Assembly (NCBI GenBank): GCA_026128865.1
Contig: JAHCJE010000001.1
Span: 1,756-65,755, forward strand
Direction of reading: 5' to 3'
DNA: 64,000 nt
Source: Phycisphaeraceae bacterium
GTDB lineage: Bacteria; Planctomycetota; Phycisphaerae; Phycisphaerales; UBA1924
This document shows, in pieces, positions 48,003 through 57,794 of the stretch. The stretch's first letter is position 1. Every line of letters starts with the position of its first letter. The notes beneath the pieces are model-generated. The model was not told the DNA's origin. It worked only from the letters and a program-made list of their open reading frames with translations, and did not search any database. A program made the position numbers and the translations under genes.

Positions 48003-48626
48003 GTGCGCGCCTCGTAGGAGCGCTCCATCCGGCGCCATACCGTCGATCGAGCCGGGTACGCTCTCGGGAGACCCGAGTTCGCGCGGAAGGACCGTTCGGA
48101 CGACGGCTGGGGCGTACAGCGAGAGTGGGTCGAATCGTCAGGACTCGCGGCGGTACCATGCTCCCGCTGAGAACGCCGTTGCTGGAGAGCGAGCGATCCT
48201 TGTCTCGGCGATCGATCGCCTGAGGCGCGGCTTCGGCGCCAGCGTTCGCCGCGCTCGGCATTGCGGAAGTCGTCGCCGCAGCTGCGCTGCTGGCGTTGCA
48301 TGGCGCGGTCGACGGCCAACAGGCGCTCTGTGGTCAACCGCGCTCCCGCTGTCCGTGCTCTGGGGACGGACCGCGCGGAACGCTCGCCTCGGCGCGAGAT
48401 CGGCGGCGTGATGCTCACCGCGGTCTTTGCGGGGATCGTGCTGATGACGTACGCCGGCATCGGGTTCGTGGTCTCGCTGCTCGCCTCGATCGGCGAAGTC
48501 GCCGTGTTCGCCCTCGCCGAGCAGGCCGCACAGCGCGACGGGGTCGCCGCCGGCGTCCCGGATGGCCCACCACCGCGTGAACCAGTCCCACTTTCGCACT
48601 GAATCGCGCGCTGGTACTCTGGCTCC

Positions 48627-49067
48627 GTGGCGAAGGCAGAACGAAAGGGCGAGCGGCGCGACGCGGATCGGTTCCATTCGACGCGGTCCGCGCACCGGGA
48701 CGAGACGGCCGAGGACTACACCGAGGCGATCATGCAACTGGTCGAGCGTCGGGGCGAGGCCCGCGTGCGCGACCTGGCCGCGATGATGGGCGTCAGCCAC
48801 GTCACCGTCTCGCGCATCCTCGGGCGATTGCAGGAGTGCGGGCTGGTCGAGACCGCGCCGTACAAGCCCGTCACGCTGACGCCCGAGGGCCGGCGCATGG
48901 CCGCGGCGGCGCAGCGCCGGCACGTGGTCGTGCTGGAGTTCCTGGTCGCGCTGGGCGTGAAGCCCGACCAGGCCGAGATCGACGCCGAGGGGATCGAGCA
49001 CCACGTCTCGGACGCGACGATCCGGGCCATGCAGCGGCACACGGCAAGGCTGCGGGGGGATGGCTGA
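48627..49067 (+). CDS. mntR: Manganese-dependent transcriptional regulator, DtxR/MntR family
   Basis: ETAEDYTEAI, GVSHVTVS, RRH, DAEGIEHHVS. Confidence 0.9.
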   Translation: MAKAERKGERRDADRFHSTRSAHRDETAEDYTEAIMQLVERRGEARVRDLAAMMGVSHVTVSRILGRLQECGLVETAPYKPVTLTPEGRRMAAAAQRRHVVVLEFLVALGVKPDQAEIDAEGIEHHVSDATIRAMQRHTARLRGDG

Positions 49068-49120
49068 GGAGAACAGGAACCGCCGCACGACGACTCACGA
49101 ACCGCAAACGGGAGGCGGCC

Positions 49121-50662
49121 ATGAAGCGAACACGGGGCCTCGGGGCGTGGGGGCGGTTTCTTGTCGCGACGATCGTCGCGGTGGCGGCGGCGGCCGCGCC
49201 CGCTGCTGGGCAAGGGGGGGACGGGCCGTTCACGGGATTGTCGCTGGACGACGCGCTCGAGTTGAGCAAGCAGCAGCACCGGTTCCTGGTGGTGTACCCG
49301 CGCGGGCACGTCCCGGCACAGCCGGGCAGTGTGACGCTCGCTCCGGGAACGACGATCAACACGAACTCCGGTGAGAGCGGCTTCGACAAGATGGACAAGT
49401 ACACCTGGCGCAGCCCGACGCTGAGGGCGTGGCTCGAGTGGCACGCGATCACGATCCGGGTCGATCAGGTCGAGCACCCGCAGGATTGGGCGAGGCTTCA
49501 GGAACTTGTGCCGCGCCATCCGGTGTCCGGCAGGCCCATCGGGCAGGAGCCGGTGGTGATGATCTTCAAGGATGGCCGGCTGTTCCGGACCGTGCCTGAC
49601 AAGCGGTTCAGGAACAATAAGGGCGGGCTGCCGATCGTCGGCGACTACGACCAGGGCCGGTTCTACATCAAGCCGCTGCAGATTCTGCTGGTGGCGGACC
49701 TCGCGATGTCGTCGCTCGAATCGACCGACCCGGTGTGGCACACGCTGCACACGATGAAGAACCCGCCGCCGCAGCGCCCGGAGATCGAGCCCTTCCACGA
49801 CGTGGGGAGCGGGCAGGTCGCCGCGGTCGAGGACGCGCCAGATGCGGCGCCCGCGATCGTGCTCGATCGCTGGCGCGAGGCGCGGGAGCGCGCCGCGCTG
49901 GGCGGAACCGCGGAGGCGACCGGGCTGTACACATGGCTCTGGGAGCGCGGGCGCACGCTCGACCCGCACGCCGCGAGCGCGATCCGGATCGTGGCGATCG
50001 ACGAGATGCGCGCGCACGCGCTGCGCGGCGGGCCGGCGATGGAGCGGTTCGCGGCGATGTATCGGGCGCAGGATCGGCTGGCGCCGTGGTACGACGGCTC
50101 GGACATGCACGACCTGATCCTGCTGGCCGAGGCGGCCCACAAGCAGGCCCACCTGCTGGAGTACTTCTCGATCCTGATGTTGCAGGACGACGAAGGCGTG
50201 GACCTGGAGGCGTCGGTCTTCTCGATCGTCGAGCGGGCGGAGATCGACCTCGTTACCTCGCGCGGGCGGTGGAGCGGGCTGGACGAGGAGCGGCCGAACG
50301 CGCACGCGTGGCTGGCGCGGCAGGTCGGGCTGCTCGGGGCGAGGCGGCCGGCGAACGCTCCGGCGGACCAGTGGGGCGAGTTGCAGACGCTGCGGCGGCG
50401 GCTGATCGCCGACGAGGCCTGCCGGCACCACGCGGCCGCGCTGCTGCGGGGCGACGAGGCGGCGGCGATACGGTTCGCGGACCTCTACCTGCGCGCTCCG
50501 CGTGCCGAGGGCGACGCGGACCCGAGGCTCGCGCTCGCTATCACCGCGCTGGCGGCGGACGCGGTGAGGCCCGTGCACCTCGCCTGGATCGACGAGGCCG
50601 CCGCCGACGGCCTCGACCGCCCCGACCTGCGCGCGTGGGCGCAGCGGGCACTGGGCCGCTGA
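49121..50662 (+). CDS. Secreted protein with N-terminal thioredoxin-like fold lacking CxxC and helical C-terminus
   Basis: Signal peptide; ALELSKQQHRFLVVY...KMDKYTW...IRVD...PVVMIF pattern; GGAGG RBS. Confidence 0.65.
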   Translation: MKRTRGLGAWGRFLVATIVAVAAAAAPAAGQGGDGPFTGLSLDDALELSKQQHRFLVVYPRGHVPAQPGSVTLAPGTTINTNSGESGFDKMDKYTWRSPTLRAWLEWHAITIRVDQVEHPQDWARLQELVPRHPVSGRPIGQEPVVMIFKDGRLFRTVPDKRFRNNKGGLPIVGDYDQGRFYIKPLQILLVADLAMSSLESTDPVWHTLHTMKNPPPQRPEIEPFHDVGSGQVAAVEDAPDAAPAIVLDRWREARERAALGGTAEATGLYTWLWERGRTLDPHAASAIRIVAIDEMRAHALRGGPAMERFAAMYRAQDRLAPWYDGSDMHDLILLAEAAHKQAHLLEYFSILMLQDDEGVDLEASVFSIVERAEIDLVTSRGRWSGLDEERPNAHAWLARQVGLLGARRPANAPADQWGELQTLRRRLIADEACRHHAAALLRGDEAAAIRFADLYLRAPRAEGDADPRLALAITALAADAVRPVHLAWIDEAAADGLDRPDLRAWAQRALGR

Positions 50663-50845
50663 AAGGGCGACCGCGGGTGTTCCGATAACCGCCCTCCGCG
50701 CCAGGCCGCGTGTCCGATCCACGTGCGCCAGGCGGGTGGTCGGGAGTGTCCAATCGAGTTGAGGTTGTGGCGTTCGCGTTGCGCGTTTGGCACCTCTTCC
50801 GTGCGGCCGACCCCGGCAGAGGGGCGGTTGACGCGGAGCGCGACC

Positions 50846-51286
50846 ATGACGACGCGATCGCTGGGCGGGGCGACGGCCGATGCGGGCGGGCTGCTGGACG
50901 TGACGCGCGGGCCGGGGTGGGCGATCGCGGAGGTGCTCGAGGCGAACGTGCACGACATGCACGCGACGCGGATGGAGCGCCAGTTGGGGAGCCTCGCGGA
51001 GCGGTGCGCGTGGCGCGTGGTGGTGAGTTTTCGCCCGGGGGTGCGCCTGTCGGTGAGTTGTCTCAGCGTGCTGGCGCGGCTGGGCGAGGCGTGCGAGGCG
51101 TCGGGCGGACGGCTGGTGGTGGCGGGGCTTCCCATGGACGCCTGCCGGCTGATCCGCTCGACGGGGCTTGCACGCAAGTTCGCGCTGGCGGAAACGGGCG
51201 CGCACGCGGTGCGGCTGCTGCACGGCGAGGGAGACGGGCAGCGCTCGCGCCGCCTGCCGCGCCTGTTCTCGCGGCCGGCGGCGTGA
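50846..51286 (+). CDS. STAS domain protein (anti-sigma factor antagonist-like)
   Basis: VVVSFRPGVRLSVSCLSVL...GGRLVVAGL...LIRSTGLARKF. Confidence 0.65.
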   Translation: MTTRSLGGATADAGGLLDVTRGPGWAIAEVLEANVHDMHATRMERQLGSLAERCAWRVVVSFRPGVRLSVSCLSVLARLGEACEASGGRLVVAGLPMDACRLIRSTGLARKFALAETGAHAVRLLHGEGDGQRSRRLPRLFSRPAA

Positions 51287-51379
51287 CGCCCGTCGCGCAA
51301 GCGGGGGCCGGGTCGGGGTTGTCGTGTGTCCTGCGCCCGACGCCCCCGCTTGCCCGGCGGGCGCGCGCACGGCGGATGC

Positions 51380-51562
51380 TCACGTGCCCTTGCCCGAGGA
51401 CCGATCGACGGCACGCCCGCCGACCGTGAGCGTCGCGCGGCGACCGGGCGGCCGGCGCTTGCGCCACCACGCGAGGCGCGGCAGCGCACGGCGCAGCAGG
51501 AACGCCAGCGCGCCCAGCGCGACGATCGTAACGGCCCAGAACTGCCAGTCGGCGAGGGGCAC
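51380..51562 (-). CDS. Small single-pass membrane protein
   Basis: DWQFWAVTIVALGALAFLLRR TM helix with basic tail; co-directional downstream of neuA. Confidence 0.55.
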   Translation of the reverse strand: MPLADWQFWAVTIVALGALAFLLRRALPRLAWWRKRRPPGRRATLTVGGRAVDRSSGKGT

Positions 51563-51570
51563 GCGACAGT

Positions 51571-52335
51571 CTATGGTGCCCGGCGGCGTGTGAGCGCAGC
51601 TTCTGCAAGGGCATGATCGATCGCATCATCGATGTCCACGACCTCGCCCGGTTCCGTCGCCACGCCCCGGTGGTCGCGCCCCAGGAAGGCGTGCGGCCCG
51701 GGCGCGACGCCCTCCTCCAGCAGCAGGGCGCGGCGCGACACGACCAGCACGCCGCCGTCCGGCACGAATGAGGGCGGGAGTTCCTGCCGCCGGTACACGC
51801 CGTTGAAGAGCCGCTCGCCCTCCCACGGCGTGACTCGCCCGTCGTCGCTCAGCCGCGCCTGCCACCACGGGTGGAACTTCCCCGCCGGCGCGTAGCTCTG
51901 CACCGACGAGCAGCCGGTGCGCCGCAGCAACTCGACGGCCCGGTCGATCAGCCCGGACGGGCGCACCGGCACGTTGCCGTACAGGATGACGACGCACGCC
52001 GACGGATCGCGCTCGTCGAGCGCGATCGGTGGCTCCAGTCGCTCCGCCCGGCGCAGGCAGGCGCGCACCGCGTCGTCCACCGTCGCTGTGTCGCTCGCGT
52101 GCTCGGCTTCGCGCTCGACGGGCGTCGCGCCCATCTCGCGCCCGATCGCCAACACCTCCTGCGAGTCGCTCGACACCAGCACGGCGTCCACCGTCCGCGC
52201 CGCCAGCGCGGCCTCGATTGTCCATGCCACGCACGGTCGGGCCGCGACGAGGGTGGTGTTCTTCCCCGGCAGGCGCTTGCTCCCGGCCCGCGCCAGCGTG
52301 ACCGCGATCGTGCGACATGCCTGCGTACCGCTCAT
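51571..52335 (-). CDS. neuA: Acylneuraminate (CMP-nonulosonate) cytidylyltransferase
   Basis: LARAGSKRLPGKN, VSSDS, RRQELP, VDIDD. Confidence 0.88.
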   Translation of the reverse strand: MSGTQACRTIAVTLARAGSKRLPGKNTTLVAARPCVAWTIEAALAARTVDAVLVSSDSQEVLAIGREMGATPVEREAEHASDTATVDDAVRACLRRAERLEPPIALDERDPSACVVILYGNVPVRPSGLIDRAVELLRRTGCSSVQSYAPAGKFHPWWQARLSDDGRVTPWEGERLFNGVYRRQELPPSFVPDGGVLVVSRRALLLEEGVAPGPHAFLGRDHRGVATEPGEVVDIDDAIDHALAEAALTRRRAP

Positions 52336-52359
52336 CCGACACGCCTCCCGCCCGACGAA

Positions 52360-55300
52360 CTACGCCACCGCCCGGCGCGGCGAACGCAGACGCCGCGCCC
52401 GCGCCAGCGCTCGCCACACTTCCTCGAAAGGCTGGCGGGTCAGGTTGCCTGCCCGCTGGCGCGCGTGCAGGTCGGACCCGCTCATCGGCACGCGCCCGTC
52501 GCACAGCGCGGTCATGGTCGTGCGGTCCAGGCGGTCGCGTGCGGCCACGGGCAGCGGCAGCGGCACGATTCGGTCGCCGGCGATGGGCCTCGCCAGCGGG
52601 TCGATCACGCACGCCCACGCGTGCATGAGCCAGTGGTCGTAGAAGCCCTCGACCTGCCCGTACACCGCGTCGCACCGCGTGATGCGCGGGACGACCCACG
52701 GGCTTCCCCACGCCCCCCCCTCGCCCGCGAGCGCGACCAGCCGGCGCACGTTCTCCTGCGCGCCCTCGAAGAGGTTCGCCCCCGCCATGCGCCGGTACGC
52801 CTCGGCCTCGGTCGCCAGCAGGTCCACGCTCACGACGCCAACGCCCGAGCGCGCGAGCGCGTCCACCACGCCCGGCTCGCAGAGCAGGTTCGTGCGCAGG
52901 TGGACGCCCGCGATGCCGCTCTCGCGCGCGATCGCGACGACCTCCGCCCACGCCGGGTGCATCAGCGGGTCGCCCGCGCCGGCGAGGGTGACCGCGGCGT
53001 CACGGCGCAGCCGCCCGAACTGCGCGAGAATACGCCGCGCCACGTCGAGCGAGATCGGCCTGCGCTCCGGCGCCTCGCCCGACCCCCACAGCGTGCGAGC
53101 CCGCAGCCCGCCGGTGCGGCGCCCGGTGCAGAGTTCCAGCGTGAGAACCTGCGGCGCCGGCCCCGCGAGCGAGAGCGGCGACGCTTCGGCCGCGAGGCAG
53201 AGCGCGCTCGCGTCCGCCTCGTCCGCCGGCACGCCGCTCGACGCGACCAGGCGCGAGAGCGCCAGCGCCCGCGACGGCTCGTCCGGGATGAACCGCACGC
53301 CCGCGTCGCGCACGATCGGCTCCACGTGCACGCACACGTCCTTGGCGATCGGGTCCAGCACCGGCGCGACCGGCACGTACCCCAGCAGCCCGCCCATCGA
53401 CGCGATCGGCCCGGCGCCGGGCACCTGCGACGCCATCTCATCCGCCAGCGTCCGCTCGACGACGCACGGCGCGAGGCCGGGCGGCGACTGCGTGAACGTG
53501 AACCGGTGCTCGCTCGGCCTTTCGAGACAGCGTTCCACCACCGCGTCCGTCAGCGCGGGGTCGAGCAGCGCCCAGTCCGCGCCGCAGACGACGGCCGCGT
53601 CGATCCCCTCGTCGCGCATGACGCCCGCGAGCGTCCCGGCGTCGAAGGCCTCGTCGTAGCAGGTCTGATTCGCCAGCCCGCCGCGCCAGCACGAGCGTGC
53701 CCACAGCCGTGCCCGCGCCACGGCGTGTCGGCGCTCGCCGAGCGGGTGATGCTGCATCTGCCGGACGGAGACTTCCAGCCCGGCGGGCGCATCGCCCGCG
53801 ATGGCGCGCACGCGCCCGCCATCCTGCGCCAGCAGCACGACCCGTCGCACGTTTCGCGTGCGTGCCAGCCGGCGCAGCAGCAGCGCGAGCGGGTTCAGCC
53901 CGCCGAGGAAGCGGTCTTCGAGGCGGCGCTGCGTGCCCAGCCCGCTCCGATCGGGATCGACCGCGACGACCGCCGCGACGCGGAGCGCGTCACGTGAGAC
54001 GCGCACGCCGTCCGGCTCGGGCGCGGGGGTGCGTGTCACCCTCGGACCGCCCTCCATGGCGGCCGCCGTGTCGTCGAGCATCCGCCCCATCGCGTCGGCC
54101 GCGTCGGCGAGCCAGGTCACGTTTTCGAGGTCGCGCTCGATCTGCTTCTTCTGGCGTTCGAGCGGCGACAGGCCCGCGTCCAGCCCGATCTCGCGGTCGT
54201 GGCGGAAGCGTCGGAGCGTGCCCGTCTGGTTCAGCCGCTGCACGAGTTCGTACGCTGCGCCGAGCGACTCGACCTCGCGGGCGAGGGCCTGGACGCGTCC
54301 GATGAGCCTGTTCACGCGGGCCTGGTCGGCGTGGTGGTCGCGCATTTCCTCGAGAAGCCTCGCTGTCTCGCGGCCGATCTCGCCGACCCGCCAGACGCCG
54401 CGGCGCAGCGCTGTCGCCCGCTCGGCGGCGAGGCGTGCGCCGCGCCGCAGCGCGGCTTGGTCGCGCTCCGCTAGCGGCAGCGCGACGCGCTGCGCCCCCG
54501 TGCCCGCGTGCCGGTCGAGCGCCTCGGCGAGGGGCATCGGCGTCGTGTGCCGCTTGCGTGCCCCCCCCTCGGTCGCGTCGATCGTGGTCAGCCCGCGCCG
54601 CGCGTCCTCCTCGAAGGCCCGCTCGAACTGCACGAGGTATGCCGCCATCTGGTCGTCCGTGTAGACGGGCCTGCCCTCGGCGTCTTCGGCGCGGTGGAGC
54701 AGGCGCCGGTGGCGGACGATCCGCTGCCATTCGAGCATTTCGAGCGTGTTGAACTCGTTGATCTCGCCCGCCCAGACCGCGTGGATCGCCGCGCCGGGGC
54801 CGTAGTACTGCCCGTCCGTGAACGCGAGGTCCTGCCCGATGAGCATGACCGGGTCGCACCCGAGGTGGCGCGCGAGGTAATACGCCAGGTGCGCCACCGT
54901 CGCGCCCGCGGGAAGCGTGGCCGGGTCGTGCCGGTGTGCGCTTCCCAGCACGGCGTCCAGCACCGGGTCCGCCGGGCAGCGGATCGCGCCCGGGAACGAC
55001 GCGAGGATCGCCGGGTTCGCCTTCGCGTCGGCGACGAGCGTGACTCCCCGCACGTCGTCGGCGGTCAGCCCCTCGTAGAAGCGTCGCGAGATCTCGTGCC
55101 AATCCAGCGCGGTGACGAAATGCGGGCGGATTCCCCGTTCGAGCAACTGCTTCAGCACCGTCTGCACCGCGATGATGACGACGCGGTCGCGCACGCCGGG
55201 GCGCGCCAGCAGGTCGATGTTCCGCCGCAGGCTCGGCCCCGCGCTCACCACCACCGCGGGCCGGCCGGCGCACGCGCCGGCGAGGTCGCCCACGCCCGGG

Positions 55301-55986
55301 CAGCCCGCGTAGTGGTCGAGGTTCATCAGCAGGTTTCGGAGGGTGGTCTCCATCTGGACGAGGGTCGTGACGACGGTCGTGCGCAGGGCGCGCATCGTGC
55401 GGGCCAGTTCATCGCCGAAGCGCGCCGCCTGTGCGCTCAGCCGCGCCTTGCTCGCCGGGTGCTCGACGATCCTCACGCCCAGCGACATGATGCCCTCCGC
55501 GCCCGAGACGGCCTGCGAGAGGGCGACCGAGTCGCAGTCCGTCAGCACCGCCACCGTGCCCCCCCCGAGCCACGCCGAGCAGTCCACGCGTTCGAGCACG
55601 GCGCGGAGCAGCCCGGCGTCCGGCTCGAAGCAGACGACGAAGCCGGCCGTGCCCATCCGGCGAACCAGCGCGCCGACGTGGTGCCCCACGCCGAATCCGA
55701 GCACGGCGACGCCGCCCGAGGCGCGCGGGTCAACGGTCGCCGCGAGGCGCTCGGCTTCTTCCAGCGGTCGGCGGCGGCTCGCCAGCCAGCGAGCGGAGGG
55801 GCCTTGGCCCTCGCACGCCGTGATCGCGCCGTCGTCGGCGACCGCGAAGTTCAGGTCGGTTCTCGGCGTGGCAAGCCGGACCGCCTCAGCGACTCGCGCC
55901 GAGCGCACGGCCAGCGCGCGCAGGTTCCGCTGCAGGGTTTCCGAGTTCGGCGCGTGTCCCGGTTGTCCCGCGTGCGCTAGCGTCAT
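52360..55986 (-). CDS. Maf (DUF115/MptE-like) glycosyltransferase fused to SpsF-like and degenerate radical SAM/SPASM domains
   Basis: VVVSAGPSL...GIRPHFVTALD...GATVAH...GCDPVMLIGQDLAF; then GADWALLDP; then LELCTG, GAGDPLMHP, DGRV...GNL...EEVW. Confidence 0.8.
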   Translation of the reverse strand: MTLAHAGQPGHAPNSETLQRNLRALAVRSARVAEAVRLATPRTDLNFAVADDGAITACEGQGPSARWLASRRRPLEEAERLAATVDPRASGGVAVLGFGVGHHVGALVRRMGTAGFVVCFEPDAGLLRAVLERVDCSAWLGGGTVAVLTDCDSVALSQAVSGAEGIMSLGVRIVEHPASKARLSAQAARFGDELARTMRALRTTVVTTLVQMETTLRNLLMNLDHYAGCPGVGDLAGACAGRPAVVVSAGPSLRRNIDLLARPGVRDRVVIIAVQTVLKQLLERGIRPHFVTALDWHEISRRFYEGLTADDVRGVTLVADAKANPAILASFPGAIRCPADPVLDAVLGSAHRHDPATLPAGATVAHLAYYLARHLGCDPVMLIGQDLAFTDGQYYGPGAAIHAVWAGEINEFNTLEMLEWQRIVRHRRLLHRAEDAEGRPVYTDDQMAAYLVQFERAFEEDARRGLTTIDATEGGARKRHTTPMPLAEALDRHAGTGAQRVALPLAERDQAALRRGARLAAERATALRRGVWRVGEIGRETARLLEEMRDHHADQARVNRLIGRVQALAREVESLGAAYELVQRLNQTGTLRRFRHDREIGLDAGLSPLERQKKQIERDLENVTWLADAADAMGRMLDDTAAAMEGGPRVTRTPAPEPDGVRVSRDALRVAAVVAVDPDRSGLGTQRRLEDRFLGGLNPLALLLRRLARTRNVRRVVLLAQDGGRVRAIAGDAPAGLEVSVRQMQHHPLGERRHAVARARLWARSCWRGGLANQTCYDEAFDAGTLAGVMRDEGIDAAVVCGADWALLDPALTDAVVERCLERPSEHRFTFTQSPPGLAPCVVERTLADEMASQVPGAGPIASMGGLLGYVPVAPVLDPIAKDVCVHVEPIVRDAGVRFIPDEPSRALALSRLVASSGVPADEADASALCLAAEASPLSLAGPAPQVLTLELCTGRRTGGLRARTLWGSGEAPERRPISLDVARRILAQFGRLRRDAAVTLAGAGDPLMHPAWAEVVAIARESGIAGVHLRTNLLCEPGVVDALARSGVGVVSVDLLATEAEAYRRMAGANLFEGAQENVRRLVALAGEGGAWGSPWVVPRITRCDAVYGQVEGFYDHWLMHAWACVIDPLARPIAGDRIVPLPLPVAARDRLDRTTMTALCDGRVPMSGSDLHARQRAGNLTRQPFEEVWRALARARRLRSPRRAVA

Positions 55987-56045
55987 CCGCTCTCCGATCC
56001 GTTCACCGGCCTTGGATCGACCCGCCCTACGACGCGGCTGCAAAG

Positions 56046-56777
56046 ATGCCTGACGCCACAGCCTATCAACCGCACAAGGCTCACCCCCGGTGGCACAGGC
56101 GTCTCGCCTGTGCCACGGTCGCCCTTGCCGTCGCGTCGCCCGCCCTGGCGATTCTCACGCCGCCTCCGTCGCTGCCTTCGCTGCCACGCCCGCCGATCGT
56201 TCAGCACCTGTTGCTGGAATCTCCCCTGCCGCTCGCCATCGCCCTGCTCACGGCCGGCGCGATCGCCGCCATCGCGTTCCATCGTCGCGCGCGCACGAAG
56301 CACGCGGGTCTGGCCGCGGGCGGCGCGCTGCTGGCCACGGCGGCGCTGCTCGCGCTCGCCGCGCTCGTCGAGACACCGCGCGAGCGAGTGATCGAACGCA
56401 CCCGCCAGCTGGTGGACGCCGTCGCCCGCGCCGACGCCCGTGCCCTCGACGACCTGCTCGCCCCGGACTGCCTGGTCACCTTCGACCGCGCCCCGGGCGG
56501 CTGGGAAAAGCCGGAGACCATCAACTGGATCGCCGACAACCTCCGCGGCCGCTACACCGTGTCGCAGCACGAGGTCGCCGGCGTGCAGGCCCAGATCGGC
56601 CCCCAGCGCGGGCTGGCCCGCACGAGGCCCTCCGTCCGCGTCACCCCGGACATCACGGGCCGCCCGCACGGCTTCGTCTGCCTCATCACCTGGCGCGAAG
56701 ACCCCGACGGCACATGGCGCGCCCTGCGCATCGAACCGCTCTGGCTCCAGGGCTACGGCGACCTGACCCCTCGCTGA
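56046..56777 (+). CDS. Hypothetical membrane protein with NTF2/SnoaL-like C-terminal domain
   Basis: Two to three TM segments, then ETPRE...AVARADARALDDLLAPD...W....GTWR. Confidence 0.6.
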   Translation: MPDATAYQPHKAHPRWHRRLACATVALAVASPALAILTPPPSLPSLPRPPIVQHLLLESPLPLAIALLTAGAIAAIAFHRRARTKHAGLAAGGALLATAALLALAALVETPRERVIERTRQLVDAVARADARALDDLLAPDCLVTFDRAPGGWEKPETINWIADNLRGRYTVSQHEVAGVQAQIGPQRGLARTRPSVRVTPDITGRPHGFVCLITWREDPDGTWRALRIEPLWLQGYGDLTPR

Positions 56778-56792
56778 GCGGAGGGGAGGGGA

Positions 56793-56908
56793 ACAAAGCG
56801 ATAAGCGAAAAACGAAAAGCGAAAAACGAACATGCAGAGGGTCGTCGGACAGTCCGACACCTGCCCCGTGCTTCATGTTCGGTATTCGCTGTTCGCTGTT
56901 CGCTTTGT
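56793..56908. repeat. Heptamer-built long imperfect inverted repeat with central palindrome between convergent genes (possible bidirectional terminator)
   Basis: Left AAAGCGA TAAGCGA AAAACGA AAAGCGA AAAACGA ACATG; right CATGT TCGGTAT TCGCTGT TCGCTGT TCGCTTT; central GTCGGAC-A-GTCCGAC (56844-56858). Confidence 0.75.
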
Positions 56909-56912
56909 GACG

Positions 56913-57794
56913 CTACCCGGCGTCGTCCGGCACTCCCACCAGTGAACTGGGCTGCATGCGCCATGCTTTCGGGTCGTTGGCGGGCACGCCTCGGACGCGC
57001 TCGCGGATGCCCTTGCCGTTGAGCAGGTTCAGGGGGTGGCGCTTGCGGGCCTCGCGGAGGGGAAGACTCTCGAAGCCGGGCGAGTTGACGGGGTCGTAGT
57101 CGGCGGTGCCGAAGACGCCGACCGTCACGGTGCTCCGTTCCGGGGCGTGGAAGTAGAAGGCGAGGTCGCCCTCGCGGCGCAACTGGGCCGCGGCCTGCTC
57201 GGCGGTTCGCCGGAACTCGCCCAGTTCCTGGGCGGTGGGGCGTTTGCCGTCGCCGCGCCCGTAGATGCCCACCTGCAGCGTGTAGAGGGCGGACGAGCCG
57301 TAGTACTTCTTCGCGTTGCGCAGGTCGAACTGCGGGATGCTCCCGGCGAGACGGTCCGGGCTTGGCGGGCTGAGCAGGGCGTCGGCGAACGGACGCTGGC
57401 CATCGACGACGAGCGTCTGCACCCGGCGCAGGTCGGCGGCGGCTCTCGGGTCGTCCGGCCCGGCGTACCTGCCGAAGGCCAGCACGGCGGCGCGGCCTCG
57501 CTCCTCGACGAATGCGCTCTCCAGCCCTGCCACCGTCTTCGCCTTCCACAGCGATTGGGCCGCGCGCTCCGCCTTGTCCGGCCCGACGAACGCCGCGATC
57601 ACGATCGTCCAATCGTCGGCGACCGGCACCGCGGCGGGCTGAGGCTGTGCGCTCGGCGCGGGCTGGTTGCGCCGACGCTCCGGCTGCTCCCGCCCCCCCC
57701 CTTCCGCGGCGAGCGGCGCGCACGCCAGCGCGGCGCACACGCAGACCGCCCAGCCCAGACCCGATCGGCCCGTTCCCGTGGTCCCGAGTCCCAT
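56913..57794 (-). CDS. Hypothetical secreted protein (possible SPOR-like repeats)
   Basis: Signal-like N-terminus; WTIVIAAF and YTLQVGIY...VTVGVF patterns; GGAG RBS. Confidence 0.65.
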   Translation of the reverse strand: MGLGTTGTGRSGLGWAVCVCAALACAPLAAEGGGREQPERRRNQPAPSAQPQPAAVPVADDWTIVIAAFVGPDKAERAAQSLWKAKTVAGLESAFVEERGRAAVLAFGRYAGPDDPRAAADLRRVQTLVVDGQRPFADALLSPPSPDRLAGSIPQFDLRNAKKYYGSSALYTLQVGIYGRGDGKRPTAQELGEFRRTAEQAAAQLRREGDLAFYFHAPERSTVTVGVFGTADYDPVNSPGFESLPLREARKRHPLNLLNGKGIRERVRGVPANDPKAWRMQPSSLVGVPDDAG

